This document shows positions 1-13,472 of a DNA stretch of 64,000 bases, one piece after another. Each line of letters begins with the position of its first letter. Position 1 is the stretch's first letter. Under the pieces are notes generated by a model. That model did not search any database, was not told where the DNA came from, and was given only the letters and a program-made list of their open reading frames with translations. The DNA lies in the NCBI RefSeq assembly GCF_006345805.1, contig NC_043012.1, positions 13,082,001-13,146,000 on the forward strand, in the 5' to 3' direction. The translations under genes and the position numbers were made by a program. Origin of the DNA: Octopus sinensis. Taxonomy: Eukaryota.

Positions 1-27
1 TACTAAATAGCCGCAAAGTTACAGTAA

Positions 28-28
28 T

Positions 29-70
<42 letters not shown>
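28..70. repeat. (CT)n microsatellite
   Basis: Direct dinucleotide run. Confidence 0.95.
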
Positions 71-1174
71 GTGTATGCGTTGTTTGTAAGTCTGTGTGTG
101 CCTGTTTCTATTATGTATGTGTGTATATGTGGGAAAAGATATGCGTGTCTATTCCTGACTTATATTTTCTAATAAAATGTAATGATTAACAAATGAGACT
201 TGATTTATTTAATCATGCCTCTTTCCATTCACCGTTCTAATCCTACTAAAGGTTATTGGTTTCTTGCCAAAATATACACGCCAATGACATAAATTATTAG
301 TATTATAAGAATCGATCTATCCTAGTACTTTGGTAGATTCTTCAGGTAACGAAATACAAAAGATAAATTTAAAGTACGGTTGTGTGTGAAACTTCAAGGT
401 CATAGTTTATGTGTGAGTAGCAGCGTTGCTAGGCTTATTTTCATTGAAATATATACACTGTATTTATAAATAATGTAATTTATGTAATATATTATCTATC
501 TGTCATTGTACACGATGCAAATAGATATAAGAAATATAAGTCGAGTGGACACTGATGAAAATGAATCCTACTAATTAAAAGAAAACGACCCGAGATTTGT
601 ATTTAATATATCATTTTCCACTATTGTTTAGTAACGGAAATATTTTAATTCCTTCCCATTATATTGGTTGGCTATTAAGGAAAATTAAACACGTTGTACT
701 CTGTTACTAATGATCGAACATTAAGATAGATCATTACATTGGTTGTCGTTTTTGTGGATTTACAGATTTTATTCGTAATGGAATCGATAATGTTATTTGA
801 AAATATCCTTCTATTTGTTTGTTGAGATAATTTTCTATCAGCCAATCCACTTAAGATTTATGTTTCACTTTTCCTCGATTAACTCATCATTGAACGTGTC
901 TTGACGGGAGACAACTGCAATTTTTCTCTGATTGATGCTTTAGTGCACAGCATATGATTGATTACATCGAATATAATTATAGTGTGTGTTATACAAAACG
1001 ACATTCGTTCTAATTTAACCTCAATAATTTCAAATGATATTTTAAAGCGAATGTTATCTACTTCATGCAGCACTGCATTAACATTTCAAGAAATAAAATA
1101 TATTTGATTTAAATATGGTTTCAATTTTTGGCAAATACCCATCCGTTTTTGAGGAAAGAGGGAAGCTAGATTTC

Positions 1175-1323
1175 ATCGACCCCATTACTTCACTGGTGCC
1201 GGTTTGCGGAAAGATGAATAGCAAAGTCGACCGCGGCGGAATTTGAAATCTGAAGGTAAAGATGGACGAAATGCCGCTAAGCATTTTGTTCGGAGGTAGA
1301 ATGGTTTGTCAGCTCTCCACCTC
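1175..1323 (-). mobile_element. Diverged tRNA-headed SINE, family 1
   Basis: Reverse complement aligns by eye with family-1 copies (AAAGATGAATAGCAAAGTCGACC-GCGGCGGAATTTGAA; AAATGCCGCTAAGCATTT). Confidence 0.75.
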
Positions 1324-2481
1324 AAATTTCGTTCAATAATAAATACAAATGCCCTTATATAGTACATTTATAATACAAGCACACTTAAATGATAACATTC
1401 CTTCCGTTTAAGTGCAGAAGAGAAATCGTTTTAGGACTTATGAGAATTATGTACTACTTAATCTTCTGAATATTTGTGTTCTCACATATCAGATCTACTT
1501 TCTCTTTAGACATTCCATCGGCTAATGACAGTTTTGTAATTACTTGAGTTTAGTGGAAATTATTGTTACTTTCAGCCGTTATTATTTACCTCATTTGTTT
1601 ATCCTCTGCACTTGTACGTGACAGTGCAAATTATAGTTGATTATTGGAAAAATCTGTAGACAGTTTCAAGCAATACTACGAGTGTAATTTCTCCTTTCAA
1701 CTTTAAGCGATTTTCCGCGATTTTCAAAGATTAGAAAGCTAATTTCCAAATGGAAATGAACGAATCGCCAATATATCAAGTATTTAAACGGGGGATCAGA
1801 ATGTACTGAATAGTTATGCCATTAATATAGTTTATCACATAATGCATTAGCACTTAAATTCTGTATGGGGAAATATACAGTAAAACGACATCTCGTGGCA
1901 GGCAGAGCACTTCAAGAGATTCTAGACAAATCCATCACTGTTATATCGTGGATGTTATACATTAAATGTGTTCCATTAGAAATGACCTGTTGAGATTCGA
2001 TTTAGTAGAATTTTGCGATATATTCACAGTATGCGGGAATAAACTCAACTTGTTTGACAAACAGCTAGTCTGATAGTAGAGCACAGAAGTATATCTAGGA
2101 AGTAGATGATGTTTAGAAAGTATTCTTTATCTCTATAAAATAAAATAATAATTACTGCGAACTGACGGCGGAAAACCGATATCTTGAGATGAAGAAGTTT
2201 ATGTCTCATAAACATCTAACACAACGCATCAGATTGATCCGTTCCAACTGATGGTATTTTAAATAACTCTTTAATATGTGAAACTGCACGTATCTCATAG
2301 GAATAAACGAATAAAAAAAGGCCACGTTCCTATCATTTTTGACGGTTTAATTACACAAAGGATACCGTCTGCAAAATTGTATTATAATTATGTAAATATA
2401 ATTTCATAGTTTTAGACACCATAAGGTTTCGTGATTTCGTGTTTAAATATATACATCGATGCATCTGCATACAGATAGATG

Positions 2482-2512
<31 letters not shown>

Positions 2513-2666
2513 TGTGTGTGTGAATGTGTTATCCTTTACATTGAAAGAGGTAGAAGGGACAGTTTCAGAAAGACAGACATGGCAAGTGGACTGTGGGCGC
2601 GTGTGTGTGCGTGCACGTGCATGTGAAATCGATAAAATAAATTTAGCTATTTTTATAACAATTATA

Positions 2667-3540
2667 GGAAATCGGCATTTCGTTATACAACCATAATATA
2701 CTACGAAGTATATTAAATGTTTTTATAAGTCAATAACTTGTACTACTGATTTAGCAGTGCTTTTAATTCACGTGGCACGGTCATCTCTACAGATTGTCCA
2801 TAGAAATTAAAGCCAGGAATGATTTTGTTAAGATGTTTCGTATCCGAGACATCAGATAAAAAGAAACAATGAATTCAGGAAGAAAAAATGGTTAAAAGAC
2901 GTATTTTCCATATTTCGGGAGTTTTTGCTTCTTCATCAGTACCCAACTAACCCATTAATCATATACGAGAACATTGTTTAATTAGCGACTACAGATAACG
3001 GTATAATGTTATTGGATGTACTAATGTACACATTTCTGGAAGGTGGTACCTAAATGAAGGTGGCACCTCAATGAATTCTAGAAATACGGCATTTCATTAT
3101 GCAACCATAATATACCGCATAGAATATTAAACGATTTCATAACTCAATACCTTGTACTACTGTGTAGATATTGCTCTTATGCCACGTGTTAAGGTCAACG
3201 CTACAGATTTTCTATAGGAATTATGAAATGTCGTAACAAAGTCAGTACATCTTACAAATCGTTAATACTTACGTACCAGTTTCCAGGAATGTGTTTATAT
3301 GTAAACTGGTATATCGGTGACTATTTAAATAATGAGTTCCTATAGATAATGGGTTACATGGGTGTTAATGAAGAAGCAAAAAATTCCAAAATATAAAATA
3401 TAGATGCCCATTACCCATTTTCTCTCACTGTTTGTTTACATACATCGTCTCGGATACGAAACGTCATAAGAAAATATAATTACTATAGAAAATCTGTAGA
3501 AATGACTTTAACACTTTAGTTGCTTTAGCTTCTGTCGTCC
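2667..3540. repeat. Old nested direct and inverted repeat complex
   Basis: 2667-2810 resembles 3081-3223 (direct). About 2830-2960 is the reverse complement of about 3345-3470 (GATGTTTCGTATCCGAGAC vs GTCTCGGATACGAAACGTC). Confidence 0.65.
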
Positions 3541-4490
3541 AGCATAACTAATGTAAAGTACATTGTATTATATTTACACAAAAGACAACATTAGTTAAGC
3601 ATTAAGAATGAACGTTCAAATACAAGCGATGAAGCGAACAACCAATGAGAGGCGCTGTTGTAGCAACACAGTAGGAACGCTCTTCTCTTCTTCTTGTTAC
3701 AATATGTTGTTCATAAACCCATTGGGGTTAATTCTATCTCAAATCGGCCGCCTGATATGGCGCCCTCGCTTGTTCTCGGAAGGTTATCTCCCTTATCAGT
3801 CAATAGATAATGCTCTGTGTATAATAATTCTTTGTTCGTCGCTAAGAGTTTTTTTTCACTGTTTTTGACTGTAGAATGCTAGTACGGACTTTCTCCCCTA
3901 ATTACTTTTAGTGATGATTGTATTTTTGCCTTGTTGTTTTAAATAGCATCTCTCGACTTTAATATTTGACACATAAACACACCCACACACGCACACACAG
4001 ACACACACATATACACTTGCGTCGGAAATTAATTAGCATTTCTCAAATTTCTACATGTTCTTACATTTTCTTAATTTAATTAACTTATTATCAGAAACGA
4101 ACTCGTTTTTAATCAAAAATTTATTAAAACATATCGCAGCACACCACATAGTTGTTATTAATCGTGAAATTTAGTCAATATCTTGTATTACCCTAAAGCT
4201 TCTTTGAACTTTTTAAAAGGATGTGCAACATGCACTCTGATTGAGGAAATATATTATTGATCTGCTCCTTGTAGAATGTTGCATATACGCGACTAATATT
4301 AAGTAAATCAAGAATTTTATGAATCCATTCATATGTAATATTTACCAACTTCAATCTTTAGTTATTTTCCAAATATGCATCTCTTAGTCATCAGATATCA
4401 AATGATGTAATCAACAATACTCCCAAAATTTGAACACTTTATAATTCTTATTATTTTAATAGAATTTGTTGTGATAGAAATATTATGTAT

Positions 4491-5093
4491 GTAGGCGAGC
4501 TGGCAAAATCATTAACGCGCCGGGAGAAATGCTTAGAGGTATTTCGCCTGCCGTTATGTTCTGAGTTCAAATTCCGCCTAGGTCGACTTTGCCTTTCATC
4601 CTTTCGGGGTCGATTAAATAAGTACCAGTTACTCACTGGAGTCGATATAATCGACTTAATCCGTGTGTCTGACCTTGTTTGTCCGCTCTATGTTTAGCTC
4701 ATTGTGGGTAGTAAAGAAATAGGTATTTCGCCTGCCACTACGTTCTGAGCTCAAATTCCGCCTAGGTCGACTTTGCCTTTCATCCTTTCATGGTCGATAA
4801 ATTAAGTACCAGTTACGCACTGGGGCCGATATAATCGACTTAATCCGTTTCTCTGTCCTTGTTTGTCCTCTGTGTTTAGCCCCTTGTGGGTAAAAAAGAA
4901 ATAGGTATTTCGCCTGCCGCTATGTTCTGAGTTCAGATTCCGCCGAGGTTGACTTTGCTTTTCATCCTTTCGGGGTCGATAAATTAAGTACCAGTTGCGC
5001 ACTGGGGTCGAATTAATCGACTTAATCCGTTTGTCTGTCCTTGCTTGTCTCCTCTATGTTTAGCCCCTTGTGGGCAATAAAGAAATAAGAAAT
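4491..5093 (+). mobile_element. tRNA-headed SINE family 1, head plus three tandem bodies
   Basis: Head GGCGAGCTGGCAAAA (A-box-like) and B-box-like GAGTTCAAATTCC. Body GTCGACTTTGCCTTTCATCCTTTCGGGGTCGATAAATTAAGTACCAG restarts at GGTATTTCG at 4538, 4722 and 4904 (period 182-184). Confidence 0.92.
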
Positions 5094-6065
5094 ATGTCTG
5101 TAAGTGTGGATCAGAGAGTAACGCGTAAACAGAAATTAGATGCGTTGTTTGAGCAGAAAACAATCCAGCCAGCTTCGGTATTGCATTTTATGCCTGAATT
5201 GACCTACAGTATATACTTAATGCGTGTTCAATAGAGTAGAATAGCTCCAACAGAGTTTATGTTATGTGTGTGTATATGTACGTGTGTGTGTATGTGTGTA
5301 TATGCGTGTATGTGTGAGCTTGCGTGTGTATGTGTGTAGTTAAAATTATATCATGTAATACGGATTCATACACTGTCAAAAGTTCACCAACTGATACGGT
5401 TAAACCAAAACTTAAGAGTCGTATTAGGTAAAGAAGACAACACTAGGAATCTTCGCTCCTTTTAGATAAAAATGAGCGGCTTTGCTTTTGAACTTTACGA
5501 GTTTAAGCTCTGCTTTAGAAAGTAAGATAGCAAGAAGACGAAAGAAATATAGAGGAAGATATGAAAACAACAATAAAATGATAAGTAAGTGGTTCTGAAT
5601 AATTTCCAAAACAAGGTGGAGCACGAACGAGACGAGTGTCCCTAAAGGATTGAAGTCTTAAATTAGAAAGTGTGCGTGCGTGTTTCTATATGAATGGTGG
5701 CAGGAGCGTTTGTATTTATGTGTGAACGTATTCATAAGCTATATTTAGCTAGATATAGAAGACATGCATTATGATACACACACTACAAGCACGTACAACC
5801 AGCACACATTTACATTCATTTTTTGTGTTCAGCTTGTAAAACGCTGTTTATCCATATGATTATCAGTGCAGCAATTTCCCCAATCACTTAGTTTCTGATT
5901 AGAACAGAGATTATATAAACTTCCTACTATATCTAAATAGGGGATTATATTTTCTGTGGCAAACATAAAATATGACAGGGTATTTTCCTTTGTTTTTGGT
6001 TTGGGAATAGCTTCACTACAATTACATTTATTTCTTTAACGTTCACACATGGACGTTACACATAG

Positions 6066-7105
6066 TACGACAGTGGGTTGAAAAGTTCCTAGCCTCGAAG
6101 GATTTAGATTAGAACTGTGAAACCTTGCACACATTAATCTCAATCCTTCGTATAAATGAATGCATTCTTTCTTTCCAGGTAAACAGTCAACTGACTATTC
6201 AAACAAGAATTCAAAAGTAACAAGTAGCGTCGTCTCTTGAAAATGAACAAAATTGGGCATCGCCGTGTTATCAAGTCCCAGCAGAAAAAGGGATTAGCAC
6301 CCACCGACATTCATACTGACTTAATTGCTTCATCAAAGCATGACGTTCCTGCTTTATCAAGAGTACAAAAGTGGAAAGGGGAAATTCGGATGGGAAGGTA
6401 GGGTGTTGAAGCTGACTCAAGGTCTGGACGTCCTGAAACTGCTACCACCGAGGAAAACATTGATCGTGTTCACCAAATGGTGAAGGATGATTGGCGATTG
6501 ACAATAAACCAAATAGCTAATGCCATTAGCACGTCTTTTCATATCGTTGAGAATATTCTGCACAGTGAACTTGGAATGATGAAAGTCTCTCCGCGGTCAG
6601 TTCCACGTCTTCTGATACCTGACAGTCTGAACATATGAAAGGAAAATCTGACATTTTGTGAGCAGATCCAGCAGGTTACCTTGGACATTTCTAAGACACG
6701 GTGAGTATTTGTGTTCATAAATTTGAGCGAGAAACAAAGAGACAAACCATGCAATAGAAACGCCCCACTCCCTTGCTTCGAAGTAGACCAAGGCCGTTTC
6801 ATTTGCAAGAAAGGTGAAAGCCATCGTTTTGATATTTTATATTTGAGGAAAAATGCATTGTGCGAATTAGATGTATTCAGAAGTGGTACGCCATCAATGG
6901 AGGGTACTATGCCAACCTGGAAGGTATCTAGTTTTACCAGGATAATACTCCAGCACGGAAGGGCTTCGATTCAATGGCTGCTGTGCGTGAATTAGATTTG
7001 AGCTGTTTCAACACCCTTCCTATTCGCCTGACCATCGTCTGTTCCACAACATGATAAAACTCTTGGCTGGGAACCAGTAACTCAAAGACGATATAGCGTC
7101 ATGTA
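6066..7105 (+). mobile_element. Degenerate mariner transposon (transposase pseudogene)
   Basis: From ATG 6243: MNKIGHRRVIK...DSRSGRPETATTEENIDRVHQMVKDDWRLTINQIA...ILHSELGMMKVSPRSVPRLL (WVPxL-type motif). QHPSYSPD near 7010-7035. Stops and frameshifts present. Confidence 0.9.
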
Positions 7106-7129
7106 TACCAAATTGCAGTGCTTGGATCT

Positions 7130-7410
7130 GATTAGTGAAGAAGCTTTCAAGCAGTCGGTCAAAAACTTCATCAACATCACACATGACGTCATCGTCTTTG
7201 CGTTACTGGTTCAAAACTGTTTTCCGGGAGCTCCACAAATACGGATTTCACGGGAGCGATACACTCAGAAAACCACTACTGTCAAAAACAAACATTGCAA
7301 ACCGTTTGGGGGGAGTAAAAACCTACTAAGCTGGATCCTTGAGCAGTGGAAGAATGTTATTTTCTCGGACGAGTCATTGTTTACTTTATTTCTGACCACC
7401 GACCGTTATT
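7130..7410 (+). mobile_element. Tc1-like transposase internal fragment
   Basis: KTVFRELHKYGFHG...RKPLLSKTN, then frameshifted EQWKNVIFSDES (first catalytic D). Appears to be the same family as 17050-18033. Confidence 0.88.
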
Positions 7411-10400
7411 TCACACAAAATATCTAGTTCTGAAATAGTCTTAGTATTATGTATATTTGCAAATATATATAAAAGAAACGAAAATAAACTTTTGTCAGGT
7501 TTTCCATATTTACCTTTAATATTGTTTACTTATTGTAGTGAAAGAAATGTCACGTGACGCTGTTATAAAAGCCTTTAATTAAAATAGTTTAGTTTGGAAA
7601 CATTTACTGCAGTTTTAGCACGAATGCGTTTTGCAAATAGTAAAATGCATCCTATTTTGAAATATGTTTCGTTTAACTAACATAACAGGTCAAATAAGAT
7701 TTCAAGTGTGGAAACAAACATTTTGATATCAGGCCACTCACGTCGTCGTTGTCAAATCGTGATTGGAAGAACCTTGCCAATCTATCTATATATGTATTTC
7801 AGAGAGAATGCAACAAGAATCATATTACATAATGTTCTACTCTTTATCAAAAGGTGGTTATGTTGCTAATTTAGTAGACTTTTCTTTTGCCTGTGTGATC
7901 ACGCAGACGTTATTTCCCTTTCCTTATGCCAATATGATTTTCATTTAAAATACAATTTGCAGTTGTTCATAACTTGCATATAAAACCCATAAATACATAA
8001 ATCCTGATCTTTCAATGAGTACACTAGAATTCTTTCTCACTTTGCTACTATCATAAACTTTATAGTTTTTGTTTTACTCCGCCATTAAATCAGTCACTAG
8101 AGTGTATACGTATTTTGAAATATTCATATCAAATTTGATTGCTTTGTTTCTCGTGTGGTATATAACATATTTAATACACGTAAATGATGATATAGTTACT
8201 GAGTTTTAATATTTACTGAATATAAGGCTGTATTAAATGACTTTGTAAAAGCTAATAACGTGATCATAGCAAACATATAAGGTTATGAAATTCATCAGAA
8301 ACGATAGGAAAGCAAACGCTAGCATGCAATAAAATACTGAAAAGTTGCTAAATAAATAAGATGCCAGGGATGAAAGTAAATGAACAACTATGTTATAGTT
8401 TCAAGCCTGCTATAGATCTGTTGATGCATATACATGTCGCTTTTTATTGGCTTTGAAGCCAATACGCATACAATAAATTGTACAGGGAAACAAAGTTTAC
8501 ATGCAAACGTATCGAGATGCATATTACTTTGTTCTCATTAATTTCATATTCTAGCGCATAACGTTATTTTTAAAGCTAAAAGAGGCGCCTATGCCTGCTG
8601 TCTGGTATTAAACGTAGTTTATCAAATATGAATTCCAGTTGGTGAGTTCCAGTTGGTAAATATATCAAAAGACAAAATCTCGATAAATAATATAATTTGA
8701 ATGATGGAATGCAGCATACAATACACTAAAATGGCTGAAGCATTGCTAACAATTTGTACTATACTACTGGTAATAATAACATGCAGATCCTCACTTTGTA
8801 AATGCTGCTATAACTCGACCTAAATCAGAAAAAAATACGTTAGATGTGTATTTATTAAGATGCGAGGCGATATTTTTGGAGCATATATTAGCTGAAACGT
8901 GCGCACTGCACCGCATAATCTAATGAAATTTTATAGAAATTTATTCCGAGATAGACATATCTGAAATTAATGCAAGCGATCAAATCATGCCGAGCTCGAC
9001 AGTTTGAATGACAAAGTATTGGCTGACGCGAAATTACTGAAAAGTTTGTCTTCATGGATTTTATTGATGGCTATATGACAATAAATACGAGAAATGAAAT
9101 AAAAAGAGCGCATGGATGATAAGGTAAATACAGAAAAAGAAAACAGAAAATTAACATTGTTGTTATCGAAAATTCCTTGAAGAACATATTCTTAAAATAA
9201 GAGAGCACGAAAAGAAAGAAGATCAAAGCAATGTAAAAACTATAATATATAATAACTGATAGTTACATAAAAATACATAGATTATTCCACTAAAATAAAT
9301 GGTAGTTAAGGTGGCAATGATATAACAGCATATTTACAAAAAAGTTATTCTGTATCTTGATAAATGAATAAAATCGATGTAGTATTGGATAGCAACTTTA
9401 ATAGTTAGCTTTTTTAAAGATTTGTTAAGAATATGACGAAATAGTGATTCCTAGCACTGGCTCTGTATTACATATATTGAAGTTGCAGTGAAAGAAATTA
9501 ACGCCAGGGCATCATTACGTATACATCAAAGACTCTTTAAGAATTCCATTGAGTTCTTATTTAAAAAATCTGAAAGACTGGTTATGAAATTTATAATTTC
9601 AGCTCGATATTTTACTTGCTGATAATGCTGAAGACTAAACCATTAGTGACAATATTATGAGTACCATGTTCTTTATACGTATATGAAGATTACATCAGAA
9701 GGGTGAGAATATCGAATATCCAAATAATCATACATATATACTAAATTTTAAAACTATATACACACATGTTAATCCTAGACATCGAATTTTATAATTCCTG
9801 TTATGATTAAATACGTGACAACATAACGCTAAGTGGATTTTTTTTTAATAACGTAAGTCGGCAAATGGAAATGTGCTTAAGTAAGCAGACAGGCCTTGAA
9901 AAACGATTAAGCGCATCCTCTTGATGGCACCTCAATTTCTGTGATACGAATCTTAAAAGTGTATTTCCCACAGTCAATGATTCGAAAAACTAACTGAATG
10001 TAATCTAAATAATGTTCTGATATCAATAATAATAATGCCAAAAGCAAGTAATATATAGTATCATTGTATAAAGAAATAAGAAACGAAATAAAGAAACAAG
10101 AAATAAATAGGTTATCGTATGAGGAAAGCAGAGAGATCCAAGCTTTTCAATAAATAACAACAAAAGCAAAATTATCATGATGGATATATTTAAAAATAAA
10201 TATTTCGGTAAGTTTAAAATGCATAAATAGGAATTTGGATATGGGCACGTGACCTCATTTTAAAGGTATGTTCTGTTATTCTGTTATTTGTTTCAGTCAT
10301 ATGATTTTGGCCACGCTGGAGCACCTGGTATATATATATATATATATCAAAAATGGATCGAATGTCATTCCCGAACCTAGGTTCATACCTCCGGTATCTC

Positions 10401-11212
10401 GAATTGTAAAGGATATATATCCCCTATTTTATTGGATAGGACGTCAGTTGTCAGGAGTTAATACAATTTTGTAAGCTAAATGAAATGGGAACAACGTGAA
10501 ATAATATGTTCAGTTCATGAATACAAGATATTGCTCAGCTGAGAAACCGAAATCAGAACTTTAAGATCACGTGTGCAGCATCGTGACCATCAAGCCACTC
10601 ACATACACTTAGTAGATATACCGTGATATTTAATAAAATTGATTATGTTGCCTTTGATCAGATTAGTATGAAATCAATATCGGCTCTAGTATGAATATAT
10701 CACCATGCCAACAAATATGTATTATGCATACATAGTTTTATGTGCATATGTATGCATATATATTTGTGTATATGTATACACACATCGACATATATTCCAC
10801 GTTAAATATGAGCGTGTTTGTGTGTGTGAGTGTATGCTAGCGCGCGAGCGTGTGTGCTGTTGGGAGAGTTTCTATGCTTGTATGCAGGCGTCTGTATGTA
10901 TTTATGTAGCATAAATATGAGTATGAAATCGAGTCAGGCTGCAAACTGTGTGGACAGAAAATTGCAAACTTACTAAAACTTATGCTGTGAAATAGTGGAA
11001 GAAGATAGAGTGGGAGGAGAATAGAAACAGGTGCTTTAATTGTAAAACCGAAAGTAACGATTCATTTATATTTATTGGTTATACGCTAAACGAAATCTGA
11101 TTAAAATTCCCTGTAAAAACTTTGTTTTTATTCTAAATAGAAAGCCAGACTTACGCAACTTTATAAAGTGACTTCGAAAGATAAATATCACATGAAGGAT
11201 TGTATTTACAGA

Positions 11213-11292
11213 AGCCGACCAAAGCCTTGTGAGTGGATTTGGCAGACGGAAACTGAAAGAAGCCTGTCGTATATATGTATATATATATATAT
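11213..11292 (+). mobile_element. SINE family 2, upstream piece (split by the HHR array)
   Basis: GCCGACCAAAGCCTTGTGAGTGGATTTGGCAGACGGAAACTGAAAGAAGCCTGTCG then (TA)n matches 23460-23540. Confidence 0.9.
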
Positions 11293-11727
11293 ATATAACA
11301 ATTTAGGAATGGCCTAAACAGGCCATTCGTCCACTAGAAAGAGCAGCCATAACTCCAACCGCCAAGTAGTGTAATTCGGAAATATTTATTTCCGAATTAC
11401 ACTACTTGGCGGTTGGAGTTATGGCTGCTCTTTCTAGTGGACGAATGGCCTGTTTAGGCCATTCCTAAATTGTTATATTTATACATATTTAGTCTTTGAC
11501 TATTTTCTCTTTTCCATTAGGCCGCTGGTAGCGATAAATTTTTACTGAATTTTTTGCTACCCTAAATTGATTAATTGATAATTTTCTGACTAATTCTGAG
11601 ATTGAATCGGCAGTTTATATTTGCTGCCGATAAGTTTGGCGCGAATGCGTTGGTCTTGAAAATTTTAAGACAGATATTCTCGAGGCATTGATACAGTCGC
11701 CTCGTATATATCCGTCTCTCCCAGGTT

Positions 11728-11827
11728 TCTTTTACTGATGAAGTGTGACCTATGGTAGACTAGCTTAATTAATTTAATTAAGCTGGTCTATCATTAAAGA
11801 CACTGAAACGATGCATCGTATAAAAGA
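11728..11827 (+). ncRNA. Type I hammerhead ribozyme, array copy 1
   Basis: Stem I TCTTTTA/TAAAAGA, core CTGATGA (11735-11741), stem II AGTGT/ACACT with a long apical hairpin, GAAA (11805-11808), palindromic stem III ACGATGCATCGT. Predicted cleavage after GUA at 11820. Confidence 0.9.
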
Positions 11828-12201
11828 TGAATTAGGGTAAATGTTTTTAAATTTTCACCTTATTTCCGAATTACACTACTTGGCGGTTGGAGTTATGGCT
11901 GCTCTTTCTAGTGGACGAATGGCCTGTTTAGGCCATTCCTAAATTGTTATATTTATACATATTTAGTCTTTGACTATTTTCTCTTTTCCATTAGGCCGCT
12001 GGTAGCGATAAATTTTTACTGAATTTTTTGCTACCCTAAATTGATTAATTGATAATTTTCTGACTAATTCTGAGATTGAATCGGCAGTTTATATTTGCTG
12101 CCGATAAGTTTGGCGCGAATGCGTTGGTCTTGAAAATTTTAAGACAGATATTCTCGAGGCATTGATACAGTCGCCTCGTATATATCCGTCTCTCCCAGGT
12201 T

Positions 12202-12301
12202 TCTTTTACTGATGAAGTGTGACCTATGGTAGACTAGCTTAATTTAATTTAATTAAGCTGGTCTATCATTAAGACACTGAAACGATGCATCGTATAAAAG
12301 A
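12202..12301 (+). ncRNA. Type I hammerhead ribozyme, array copy 2
   Basis: Same fold. CTGATGA at 12209, predicted cleavage after 12294. Confidence 0.9.
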
Positions 12302-12675
12302 TGAATTAGGGTAAATGTTTTTAAATTTTCACCTTATTTCCGAATTACACTACTTGGCGGTTGGAGTTATGGCTGCTCTTTCTAGTGGACGAATGGCCTG
12401 TTTAGGCCATTCCTAAATTGTTATATTTATACATATTTAGTCTTTGACTATTTTCTCTTTTCCATTAGGCCGCTGGTAGCGATAAATTTTTACTGAATTT
12501 TTTGCTACCCTAAATTGATTAATTGATAATTTTCTGACTAATTCTGAGATTGAATCGGCAGTTTATATTTGCTGCCGATAAGTTTGGCGCGAATGCGTTG
12601 GTCTTGAAAATTTTAAGACAGATATTCTCGAGGCATTGATACAGTCGCCTCGTATATATCCGTCTCTCCCAGGTT

Positions 12676-12776
12676 TCTTTTACTGATGAAGTGTGACCTA
12701 TGGTAGACTAGCTTAATTTAATTTAATTAAGCTGGTCTATCATTAAAGACACTGAAACGATGCATCGTATAAAAGA
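12676..12776 (+). ncRNA. Type I hammerhead ribozyme, array copy 3
   Basis: Same fold. CTGATGA at 12683, predicted cleavage after 12769. Confidence 0.9.
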
Positions 12777-13147
12777 TGAATTAGGGTAAATGTTTTTAAA
12801 TTTTCACCTTATTTCCGAATACACTACTTGGCGGTTGGAGTTATGGCTGCTCTTTCTAGTGGACGAATGGCCTGTTTAGGCCATTCCTAAATTGTTATAT
12901 TATACATATTTAGTCTTTGACTATTTTCTCTTTTCCATTAGGCCGCTGGTAGCGATAAATTTTTACTGAATTTTTTGCTACCCTAAATTGATTAATGATA
13001 ATTTTCTGACTAATTCTGAGATTGAATCGGCAGTTTATATTTGCTGCCGATAAGTTTGGCGCGAATGCGTTGGTCTTGAAAATTTTAAGACAGATATTCT
13101 CGAGGCATTGATACAGTCGCCTCGTATATATCCGTCTCTCCCAGGTT

Positions 13148-13248
13148 TCTTTTACTGATGAAGTGTGACCTATGGTAGACTAGCTTAATTTAATTTAATT
13201 AAGCTGGTCTATCATTAAAGACACTGAAACGATGCATCGTATAAAAGA
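13148..13248 (+). ncRNA. Type I hammerhead ribozyme, array copy 4
   Basis: Same fold. CTGATGA at 13155, predicted cleavage after 13241. Confidence 0.9.
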
Positions 13249-13472
13249 TGAATTAGGGTAAATGTTTTTAAATTTTCACCTTATTTCCGAATTACACTAC
13301 TTGGCGGTTGGAGTTATGGCTGCTCTTTCTAGTGGACGAATGGCCTGTTTAGGCCATTCCTAAATTGTTATATTTATACATATTTAGTCTTTGACTATTT
13401 TCTCTTTTCCATTAGGCCGCTGGTAGCGATAAATTTTTACTGAATTTTTTGCTACCCTAAATTGATTAATTG

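Noticed and set aside
10190-10270. Plus-strand micro-exon EFGYGHVTSFK and nearby GTAAGT donor
   Set aside because: Weak acceptor, mutually incompatible signals, and no neighbouring exons to support it.
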